DNA of 64,000 bases from Massalongia carnosa (Eukaryota). The stretch's first letter is position 1; every line of letters starts with the position of its first letter. Made by a program: the position numbers and the translations under genes. Below, piece after piece: positions 54,655-64,000 of the stretch. The DNA is taken from the NCBI GenBank assembly GCA_965645245.1, contig OZ287067.1:1302001-1366000 (forward strand), written 5' to 3'. The notes below the pieces were generated by a model that was not told the origin of the DNA, did no database searches, and saw only the letters and a list, made by a program, of their open reading frames with translations.

Positions 54655-55387
54655 TATGCTATCCGTTGGAGCTTAGGTCGAAGAAGTATATCGTGTTAAG
54701 TGTGGTTGTAGGTGGGTATCAAATCTTTAGTTTTACTTTAACTGGTGGCTATCTTGATCACATATGAATCAATGCATGAAGTATATTGGTTGTTTGTCTG
54801 GCGGACTGCAAGCTAAAGCTCATGTTAATGGGCTAACGTAAGACCATCCGTGCCACCCACATCGCTCGGTTCGACTCGCTTAGTGCTAGCCAGCCATACA
54901 ATCCAAAATGCTACTCCTCTACATACATCGGGGTTTTTTTCAACAATTCCTTCAGTACTACCTCCCATTTTTTGATGCTATTCATACTTTTGATCATTTT
55001 CAACTTTCGATGAGCTTTGATTTGTTTAGCCATCTTGTTCAGAGTCAAAGAATATCGCTTTTTTCATGCGATCATTCGATTCTTCTTCCTCTGAACCTCC
55101 TGATACTGTCTATCACGGGACCTTATTGTCTTGGTGGTTGTACGTATCCCACATAGCCACATAGGCCAGTCTTACGTTCAACGAACGCATACTAGGCCTA
55201 CCATATTACACGTTCAGTTTCATTGATACATTTTACTTCGATCAGTTATTTTTTGTTTGATGAATCGTTATTTAGATTTTTCGATTTTTTGATGGATTGA
55301 TTATACAATCATTAAACTTCCATCTACGGTTGCCGTAGGTGGACCATTAAGGTTTAGCTCGGTCGCACAGACTAGCTCGTGTGTTGC

Positions 55388-55630
55388 CACGCGGTGCGAA
55401 AAAAAGTTGACACACCAAAACTCGTCAGTACGCATAAAACTACACAACTATCAAAGCTTCAACATAATATAGAAAATCAACACCAGATGGACCAGTAAAA
55501 CAGACTTGATAGAGTAATAGAGTTATGTTTTCAAATTCACCTTAACTTTTTTGAAATGTATTACTTAACGATGTAGCCTATCATAATTATTTTATATTTT
55601 TGGTGTGTCAACTATTTTTCGCACCGCGTG
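55388..55630. mobile_element. 243-bp MITE with CACGCGG termini
   Basis: 33-bp TIR CACGCGGTGCGAAAAAWAGTTGACACACCAAAA; 5-bp TSD GTTGC at 55383-87 and 55631-35. Confidence 0.92.
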
Positions 55631-55858
55631 GTTGCCTCTTCCGCCCTGCTGCGGTCTAACCGCATTGGGCTTAGTATGCCATTCAGGACGCATCACGCGG
55701 CTGACTGGACACCAAAATTTTCACCCCACCAAAATCTACCCCTTATTTTCACTTTGCTACGTATAGTTACCATGCAATCAAATCAATAATCAATAACTAG
55801 TCATCTTGCCTTCACCTCGAATCACCGCCTCTAGTCGATCGGGCATACTAGCTACTTT

Positions 55859-56059
55859 TGTAAAGGTAATCATCATAAGGGTGTGTAAAAGGATGTTCAT
55901 TGAGATATACGAGCAAGCTCGTCTATATACAGCTAATCTATACTAGTCCCAATCTGGACCTGCTCCTATCATGGAAGGACCACCCGCTTAAGCCGGGCTT
56001 ATCACGGCGATAAGCAAGTGTTAGAGTACGAAAGCATGCTATGTTATATTATCGTGACA
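55859..56059. mobile_element. Solo LTR, 201 bp
   Basis: TGT...ACA termini, 5-bp TSD ACTTT; removal restores host frame FINEKV-ASMPDRLEAVI. Confidence 0.85.
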
Positions 56060-56691
56060 ACTTTCTCATTGATAAAACCCTGAGAAACGTGGCTCCAACC
56101 CTCATAAATCAGCCCTTTTGTGGTCTCATCGTCCCAATGGGGATATTTGTAGAGCTCCTGCTTGACCGGCTGCCAGCAATTTTCAATGGGCGATAAATCA
56201 GGAGATGAAGGGCAGTTAAAATAATGTTCGAGCCCATGCTCCTCCTTCCAAGTGCGTACGATGTTTGATTTGCCTGGCCCATGCCCTGAATCACCATCTT
56301 CCTCCAACACGAAATTATGCCCCTGATCAAGCCACGGTTTGACTATAGGATCTAAAATTTGATCGATATAAACCCGTTGACTCATTTTTCCATTCTTATT
56401 GCCCGAGACGTCGTAAAAATGAATGAAAGACTTGAAATCGTGCCCTGCGGCCACCCAACAATGATGCCTTTTTTTTATTCTTCTCGTCCGGCATGTGCTC
56501 CTCTTGTATGCAATCTTGACAGTATCGTTCGCCCGGCTTGCGAATGATTCGTAGCTTGCCTTGTGAACCCCATCCAAAATGAACTTCATCACTAAATCTG
56601 ACTCGATACCAGTCCTCCTTTTCAGGATATTTATTCAACATGAATGTGGCCCATTCAACTCTTTTAGCTGCTGTTCGCTCATTGACCCAGC

Positions 56692-58030
56692 CACGCGGGT
56701 GAAAAAAAAAGGTCAAGGTGAGCCAAAATTCCCCCACCAAAACTTACCTTTTTCTTCCCCTTTTTCTTCCCCATCTTCTTCCCCATTCAACATCTCAATT
56801 CGTATGACCATTGAAATTCTACATACATTCTATTCAATAGCCAGTCATCGCCCCCTCAGCCCTAATTACCTCTTCCAATCGTTTGGGCATTGATCGAACT
56901 CTTTCATTGATGAATTCCTGCGTCACCCGTTCCCATCCGTCCCTAATCAGCTGCTTCAAGCTGACATCGTCCCAATGAGGATACTTTCGAACATGCTGCT
57001 TCGCTGGCTGCCAGCAATTTTCTATAGGGGACAAACCAGGTGATGAGGCACAATTGAAATAATGCTCTAAATGATGATCTTCCTTCCATTTCTTGACGGC
57101 ATTTCTTGGCTTGCCCGTGCCATGACCAGAGTCTCCATCTTCTTCAAGTACGAAGTCATCCCCACGCTCCAGCCAGGGCTTGACGACGGGGTCAAGAACG
57201 GATTCAATATACACCTGATGAGTCATTTTACCGTTGCCCGGCACGTCATAAAAGATAATATCCGACTTGAAATTGTAGCCAATTGCAGCCCAGCAATGTT
57301 TTCGTTTTCGATCTTTCTCAGGAGGCGGGTCACGATGCTGTATGCAATCCCAACGATATCGTGTTCCGGGCTGACGAATAATTCGTAACTGTCCTTCCGG
57401 CCCATATCCAAAATGAATCTTATCACTAAATCGTACGCGATCCCATTGCTCCGGTTTGGGATATCTGGTCAGCATCATGTGAGCAAATTCGACCCGTCTT
57501 TCCATAGGTGGGTCGGCCAGCCATCCCTTGACGCAGGCCAGACATTTCTCATAGTTTAGAGCAGCCGACATAACATTGTGCATTGTACGATCGACAACGT
57601 CGGCCCCAATCTCCATAGCCAATTTTTCCCATGTGTATCGTTTTCCTTCCAATTGTAGCCCCTCATCTTGTAGAATGTGATCTGCCTCCTGTATTTGTGC
57701 TTCCGTGACTTTTGATTTGCGACCACGTGTCTCAACGAGCGTTGAATGATGTCTTCTTCTAGAAGATGCTCCGTTTCGAATGATCTTATAGCCCTGTCTC
57801 TCGCTTCGAACGCCAAAATGCTGAAAAATCTCTCGAGGATCGATGGAAATGCCTTTTGCAAGAAGAAATTCATAAGCTCCCTGTACCTTGGCCTTTTGAG
57901 GTGTATCGTAGTGGGATGGCATTTGAAATGTTGAATGAGGAAGAAGATGGGGAAGAAAAAGGGGAAGAAAAGGGGTAAGTTTTGGTGGGGGAGTTTCGGC
58001 TCACCTTGCCCTTTTTTTTTCACCCGCGTG
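56692..58030 (-). mobile_element. 1339-bp Tc1-like (DD38E) transposon with CACGCGG termini and 5-bp TSD
   Basis: About 95-bp TIRs starting CACGCGGGTGAAAAAAAA; CCAGC duplicated at 56687-91 and 58031-35. Confidence 0.95.
56834..57922 (-). CDS. IS630/Tc1/mariner-type DDE transposase, 362 aa, uninterrupted ORF
   Basis: N-terminal HTH and GRK motif, RVRFSD, LEEDGDSGHG, SPGLSPIENCW, SMPKRLEEVIRAEGAMTGY. Confidence 0.93.
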   Translation of the reverse strand: MPSHYDTPQKAKVQGAYEFLLAKGISIDPREIFQHFGVRSERQGYKIIRNGASSRRRHHSTLVETRGRKSKVTEAQIQEADHILQDEGLQLEGKRYTWEKLAMEIGADVVDRTMHNVMSAALNYEKCLACVKGWLADPPMERRVEFAHMMLTRYPKPEQWDRVRFSDKIHFGYGPEGQLRIIRQPGTRYRWDCIQHRDPPPEKDRKRKHCWAAIGYNFKSDIIFYDVPGNGKMTHQVYIESVLDPVVKPWLERGDDFVLEEDGDSGHGTGKPRNAVKKWKEDHHLEHYFNCASSPGLSPIENCWQPAKQHVRKYPHWDDVSLKQLIRDGWERVTQEFINERVRSMPKRLEEVIRAEGAMTGY

Positions 58031-59054
58031 CCAGCCCTTCTTACAAGACACGCACTTATGATAATCCATTGTCCCCATTGCTCTTTGTATCGTACGGCCA
58101 CTGCAATCCAGCCCAACTTCGTAGCCTAGCTGCTGCCACGTTAAAGAGCGAGCTTCAATGCCTTCTTCTTCTAAAATTCGTTCCATCTCTCGAATTTTGA
58201 CGGAAGAAATCAGGGATTTTCTTCCTCTAGTCTCCTTGTGATCAGGATTATTGTGTAGTTGGCGAGAGAAGAGTCCTCATTTCGAAGCATTTCATAGCCA
58301 CGTGTGCGACTAACGTTGAATGTTCGAAAAACCTCCTCCTTATAGTACGGTAATTTCATACGATCGGCGAAATGAACCGCTGCCCGAACTGATGCCTTGG
58401 TGGGAGTAGAATAATGAGCTAATAGAGCTCGAGTTTCAATGTTTGAAGTATGTGGGCGTGAGTCATCCATGATTGAGATGTTGAAGATGGGGAGAAAAGG
58501 GTAGATTTTGGTGGGGTGAGAATTTTGGTGTCCCGGTTTTTTTGTCAGCCGGGTGGCATATAGGAAATCTCTGCAAGCAAGCAATGCTTTTCTCTTCGTG
58601 TTCGTCTTGTCTAGCTATCATGTAGCATATTTCATAATAAAGCACTGTTCACCACATGGATAGGACCTCTGCCTACATACCGTGACAATTCGATTTCATC
58701 AAAATTTTACTGATCTTGAGAATTTATGTGTCACGGTCTGTAGGCAGAGGTCCTATCCATGTGGTGAACAGTGCTTTATTATGAAGTATGCTACATGATA
58801 GCTAGACAAGACGAACACGAAGAGAAAAGCATTTGCTTGCTTGCAGAGATTTCCTATATGCCTTCTGAATGGCATCCTAAGCCCAATGCGGTTAGACCGC
58901 AGCAGGGTGGAAGAGGCAGCACACGAGCTGGTCCGTGCGACCGAGCTAAACCTTAATGGTAGATGGAAGTTCAGTGAAACCTTCTGATGTTCAGTTTACA
59001 CCATGACATTATGTCATCTCTTTGTATTTTGTAAAGTGAGTTATTAGCAACTTC

Positions 59055-59112
59055 CATAGGCCGGCCTTTGGCCGGTGTCAGATCGGTACAAGAATCAATC
59101 ATCATCATCATC
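59055..59112 (+). mobile_element. 58-bp LINE 3'-end stub
   Basis: Nearly identical to the last ~58 bp of the LINE at 33142-33783; 12-bp TSD ATTAGCAACTTC at 59043-54 and 59113-24. Confidence 0.9.
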
Positions 59113-59439
59113 ATTAGCAACTTCAAATCATGCGCATTTTTTCGCTCAACAGTTAAAGACTTTTGTCGAACTTCGAATAAATCGAACTGACGATTTAATC
59201 ATTTCTTGATTCAATGCGATTCGATTAAAGAAAACGATTTCGAAACAGGTAGAGTATTGTTTGACGAAGAATAAAATTTGCTGCGATTTTCATGTGCAAT
59301 CGAACAGATATGTTCAAAGAATTCAGTTTCTTGGATATACATATATAGAATCGACTCTTTATCAGGTTTCAGACGTTTAACATGCAGTCCTCGTATTTCT
59401 GATTTAGATGAAATCTCATGATATCGAGAACGAAGTCTT

Positions 59440-60488
59440 TGTAATACGGATGGCGCTAGAGGGATACGTGATCGCCTAGGGCGGTTGCGGGATTAACTAG
59501 CATGAGCCAAGCCGTAGTACTTCGTACGAAGTCGCATAACCGTCGAGGTTGACACAACGCCACCTTGCCACACAACTTCTAATTAGTTGTTATCACGTTC
59601 TAGACTACTTACAGATCAAACACCTGTCGATGCCGCGGTGGTAGATTGCCATGGAGTGTAAGGCGAACTCCTGTGTGGACACTAGCCGGGAACTCTATAT
59701 GGAATCTACTGGCCTACTCGGAGCTACTCGATCTCTTGATGGATCAAGAGTTATAGCAGGAGGCACGGCTAGCTGGACGCAGCTTGAGCTCGGCCTCCCC
59801 GGTGTAAACTTCAGCTTCCACCTTTATTACTACGCTGGTAGTGATGTCGGCTGAATGAACCTACATGACCTCGTTGTCTAGACCTTGTGTCTAGAGGCAG
59901 GTCCACAGTGTAGCGAGGGATTCAGTCAGTCGGTAACCTTCCATCGCTACGTTGGTAGTGGTGACGGCGAAATGAAGCTACATAGCCTCGGCGTCTAGAC
60001 TTTATGTTTAGAGGCAGGCTAGCAAAGTGGCGAGGGATCTAGCCGGAGGTAGAACTGTTCTACCTTGCAAGGGAAGATCTAGATCTAGAAGCCTGCTCGA
60101 GGCTGACCAGATGATCCAGCGAACTTCGGGTTCGTGGATGGATCCTGAGGGATGATTGGATGTAAGGCGATAAGGTCAGATGTGGGTTGCAAGGCTCCTA
60201 AGGTTCCAAGGCTCTCAAGGCTATAGGTTTGGGTTGAGTAGGATAAATATCAGAACGAATCCTGTAGTATTCGTTAGCAATTGTTATTCATTCTATGAAC
60301 AACCTACGTTTGGGTCTCGGAAGAGATCTCTTGATCTAAGCACTTTCACATCCGTTAGTTCTTTGGATCACGTATACTCTCTCGGAGACCAGCACGTAGT
60401 AGCTATCTTTCACCTCTCACGCTGAGCATTTCCCCTTTCGAGATCAGTGTCGCTCGTGATTAGCTTACTGGTCTCGTAGCGCTTTACA
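59440..60488. mobile_element. Solo LTR, about 1.05 kb, inside the Fot1-like transposase
   Basis: TGTAA...TTACA termini, TSD GTCTT/GCCTT (one C/T difference); removal restores VSRER-LRSRYH; internal ~118-bp tandem duplication at about 59820-60045. Confidence 0.8.
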
Positions 60489-61236
60489 GCCTTTCTCTAG
60501 ACACTTCAAATTCTCGTGCAATTGCTCGAAGTTTCGCGTTTTTCCGCGTGTTTAAGGCGTCAATAGCCTTCGTAATGCGACATTCGATTTCGATATATGA
60601 TTCAGACATGGTTATGATGAATGATAAATTGTTGAAAGATGAATGATTGAAATTTGACGATTTAGGTTGTATGACTGAGTTGGGGTTATATGGCTGGCTA
60701 GCACTAGTTAAGCGAGATAACGGGAAGACTCAAAATTTAAGAAATGTTAATTCCTTTGACCATTGGGCTTTAAATTATTATTTTTTGCTAAAGATCATGA
60801 TATAGATCCACAAAGGCAATCACCCGGCTAACGAGAGAGGAAAGATTTGGACAATGCTGTTCTCAAAAGATTTAAGGAACCCAAGATGCCCACAATTGGA
60901 TTTTAACTTTGAAACTATTTAGGCCTAAAAAAAGGAGTAGAACCTAGAAAGACAAAGAACTTGCGAGTTTATGGTGATTGTAATCATAGGAGTCCCTAAT
61001 GAGCAATCAAATCCAATTGATCGACCTTTAACTCAATATACACCAATGGAAAGGATGTAGATACTTGATTGCCTTTCCAGGACTGCCAAAAAGACCTAAT
61101 CTTTTAGCAAGAAATCGAACAAGACAAGACAACGATAAACAAGCTCCGAAGACGAATCAGCTTTTCCCAAACGCCCTCTGCTTTTTCTGGTCATAAACGA
61201 ATTTGGCGCAAAAAGAATTGAAGTACTTCTGGTTTC

Positions 61237-62002
61237 TCATTCAAGCCTGAAATACAGTCAGTTTTCAGTTTCATATACCAAGTTAGGCTCAAAGAGCAGG
61301 AGTTTCGGATTTGAACCTTAGCCACAGGGAAAAACCTACCTTTCAATCAAATGTACACCCGACGGAGTGTCAACCACATGGCTTATTTCTCCAGGCTCTA
61401 ATGCAAACGCTACCTCCTCGAACTCCTTTTGCATTTCTCCAGGCCCAAAAAATCCGCTAATCGGCATATTCAGACCAGCCCCAAGCTGTAGGGTCTGAGA
61501 CTCACAGATCACCCCTTTTCCTAGCACTGCTGCAATCCGACTCACTCGTAGCAAGATCTCCTAGAGAAATCTCCTTCGATCGAATTCGTTTTTCATGACC
61601 TTCAAGAATGCCAATGGCTTCCTCCTTGGTCCGAGTTATGTCCGCTTCTCGCCAGCTGCTTGGTCTTCGACTATCCTTATGCTTCACCAAAAGATGGGCG
61701 GCTCGTATCTTGCCTTCTTTGGCACCTCGCCCATCGGGTCGTACAGCTGCCGTGCCATGATGTTGGCTCATGTATGCTTTCAGCTTCTCTGTATCAGTGT
61801 CCAACGGATACTCCCATCGAGACTCTTTGGTAGATGCATTGAAAAAATAAGGTAGGTTCTTAGAGTTTGAATGACGGACTTCCCACCCGGCTGGTAAGCC
61901 TGGATCGGACTTGTCAATTAGGTTAGCTTTGAAATGGAACTTAGGATAATGAAGTCTTCATATTTGTTTATCTAGTGACATTTTTTTCCTTAAACTCACC
62001 AT
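61237..62002 (-). CDS. ESS1: Peptidyl-prolyl isomerase Pin1/Ess1 (WW + parvulin)
   Basis: ATG-only first exon, GLPAGWEVRHSNSK WW domain, HLLVKHKDSRRPSSW, SDCSSARKRGDLGFFG, SGVHLIER. Confidence 0.95.
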
Positions 62003-62324
62003 CGTAGATATTTTCTGTCCAGTTGGATCGGCCAGTCTACTAGCAATAAATGAACTCGAGTTCTGAGTGGCCTCGAACGTTTCAAGAAGCCGTCAGAGGT
62101 CTCTGGAGAGCGCACCGCGGAGTCTCGGCGAAACGTTTGGTAACTAGGGGTAAAGTGGGGGTCAATGCTTATTAACCAGCCAATCGAATTCACTTTTGAA
62201 TCTCCTTGTTAAAGTTTTCTTTCCCTTACAAACGCCCTAACAGCTGCAATCTAGAACGTACAGTACTTCGTTAATCTTCTCGGGCATCATAGAATAACCG
62301 GTCAAAAAGAGCCAAATCAAAGCC

Positions 62325-63029
62325 ATGTCCGCCTCGCCATTATCCTCAGCTGGTGGTCAGGTTGCAAAAGACCAAGAACAGATTACATTTCGCTTCTGTC
62401 GCGAATGGTGCGTCAACTTTTGCCTCAGTGATGGACGGTCTTACAACGCTAACATTTTGCAGCTCTAACATGCTCTACCCCAAAGAGGACCGAAATAGCA
62501 ACAAACTCATGTTTGCATGCCGGACCTGTCAGTTCAGCGAAGAAGCCAAATCCTCGTGTGTTTTCCGGAACAACCTATATAACATCACCGGTGAGACGGC
62601 TGGTGTGACTCAAGATGTTGGATCAGACCCTACGGTTGGTTTTCTCGATTTGTGTACACTCTGCGGTCTGGAGATTGGATGTCTCTTTTGTGGAGCAGGG
62701 GACAATAGCTCATTGGAAAATGACCTGACAGAGGACGATATTTTGCCAGAGAAAATCAGGTGGAGGCGTCAAGAGCGGAAGGAACCGGTGGAGGACGCCA
62801 GTCATGAATCTTAGCTGACATGGCTTTTGCTACAGCTGCCCCGGTCGAACAAGCGATGTCCAAACTGCAACGAAATGGAAGCGGTGTTTTTTCAGTCGCA
62901 ACAGCGATCGGCGGAGACCGGAATGGTGAGGCGATTTCTTTCTTGGTCCACCTAATGCCCGGATGCTTATTCCCTGGGTTATAGAAACTCTTTTACGTCT
63001 GCTGCAGCTGTGGGAAGATTTTCCAATAG
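62325..63029 (+). CDS. RPB9: RNA polymerase II subunit Rpb9
   Basis: [16 protein letters not shown]...[18 protein letters not shown]...AVFFQSQQR...[10 protein letters not shown] after removing three introns. Confidence 0.95.
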
Positions 63030-63220
63030 AGCACGACATACAGCTTCTCTGGGGTTTGAAACCGGGGAGGGTTGGGCGTTTTGAGGATCTCTTTTAAATT
63101 GATACCAGGCTCGCGAGAGAAATAGGTGAAACAGCGTAGGATAGAATCAATCACTTTGCATGAGGTCCCAGCTTGAAACCTCCATGGCAAAAATGGCTGC
63201 TCTGGGTAGTAACCTATCTA

Positions 63221-63860
63221 TCATACATGCATTGCCGCAAGTGACAAAATCTTTGACCACTGTTTATCTCGAAGCTCGGAACCAACAATGCCTATGATGT
63301 CGTTAGTCCTTGTCTTTCCTCTCAGATATGCGTTGCAGTTCCTTCTCTCGCTTGAAAGATGTACGGGTGACGGCGGAGATGGGTTCGGGCAAGTTCACCA
63401 TTTATTCTAGTGCCCAAGGGCTCTCCGTTCTTGCCAATCAAGGCGCACGCATTATCATCGAATCTTATCACCATGCCATCCTTTCTTTGCAGCTTCTTTT
63501 TCGTTCGAACCACTATCGCATGCCTGATATCCCCTCTCCTGACTTTGTTCCCTGCCGCCGCAGACATTCCACCAATACTACCGAGAGTAGTATCACCAAG
63601 AGACCGCGACTTCTGAACCACGACAATTATTCGATCCCCTTCTAAGCCTTAGCAATTGTGTCTAATCCCAGTATAGAATGATGGTGGAACTGTTTCTACC
63701 GATCTTGGCATGCCGCTTCATGCGTAAATTCGCGACACATTCTACAAGCGTGGCGCCTGAGTTGTCGACACAGTTAAGTATAGTCTGGATTGATAACTCA
63801 TCAGTAAACTCGAAAGCTTACAAGGAGGTCATGTCGCCGATATACCTTGAGTTGTATCAT
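63221..63860 (-). CDS. MRPL38: Mitochondrial ribosomal protein uL14m
   Basis: MIQLKTILNCVDNSGA, RHAIVVRTKK, IRFDDNACALI, GTRING-IVGSELR...KILSLA. Confidence 0.93.
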
Positions 63861-64000
63861 CGCGGTAGCATAAAGCTATGATGGCTGACTGTGGACTCCA
63901 AGTGTTTGTCTCCGAAGCACCCGTTCTGCCAAGTCGAAACAAACCGGAGGCTGGCGACAACACGGGAGATCAACACTGCATGGCTAGTGCATCTCAGCCT

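Larger units (their letters stand above)
55694..58555 (-). mobile_element. Tc1-like (DD37E) transposon with CACGCGG/CACCCGG termini, disrupted by two insertions
   Basis: TIRs sharing GGCTGAC...ACACCAAAATT.TCACCCCACCAAAATCTACC; GCAT on both flanks; transposase 58470 to 55790 with FSDE, EEDGDSGHG, SPDLSPIE and frameshifts. Confidence 0.88.
55315..58971. mobile_element. Foldback (almost fully palindromic) non-coding element, about 0.53 kb after removing insertions
   Basis: Right arm 58729-58971 is the reverse complement of 55315-55387 + 55636-55693 + 58560-58687; 41-bp spacer; no TSD evident. Confidence 0.8.
54883..60704 (-). mobile_element. Degenerate Fot1/pogo-like DNA transposon acting as outer host of a nested cluster
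   Basis: TA-flanked inverted ends GTGCTAGCCAGCCATAYAAYCC; minus-strand MSESYIEIECRITKAIDAL...LRAIAREFEVSRERLRSR (psq-type HTH) from 60609 and VERKNAHD motif once insertions are removed. Confidence 0.75.

Noticed and set aside
54845..54880. GGTTCGACTC B-box-like sequence suggesting a tRNA
   Set aside because: T-stem does not pair and no cloverleaf or A-box can be built
55091..55217. CTGAAC...GTTCAG short inverted ends (also at 58989) as another nested element
   Set aside because: Only 6 bp of symmetry and no TSD; boundaries cannot be resolved

Overview
Intron-rich genomic DNA of a filamentous ascomycete (Pezizomycotina; inferred from gene content, short GT-AG introns with CTRAC branch points and RIP-like C-to-T decay of repeats). 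About 18 host genes are recognisable: Ca2+/H+ exchanger, phenol monooxygenase, CYS4, SRP receptor beta, a Cys-rich membrane sensor-like protein, AKR1, TTI1, eIF5, a CLC channel, RRP45, CWC15, a micro-exon Gly/Ser/Tyr repeat protein, MED22, DHFR, LTA4H/LAP2, an RRM protein, PIN1/ESS1, RPB9 and mitochondrial uL14. Two mobile-element islands interrupt them. (1) A 10.25-kb element (32975-43228) has ~52-bp TIRs and carries a decayed CMC/Plavaka-like DDE transposase plus two unknown cargo genes. (2) A 5.8-kb nested cluster (54881-60706) contains a Fot1/pogo relic, a foldback element, two solo LTRs, a 58-bp LINE stub and three elements ending in CACGCGG. The most unusual signal is this CACGCGG family: two members encode Tc1-like DD37E/DD38E transposases, yet the three insertions duplicate 4-5 bp GC-rich targets instead of TA. 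Exon boundaries were read by eye and no database search was possible.
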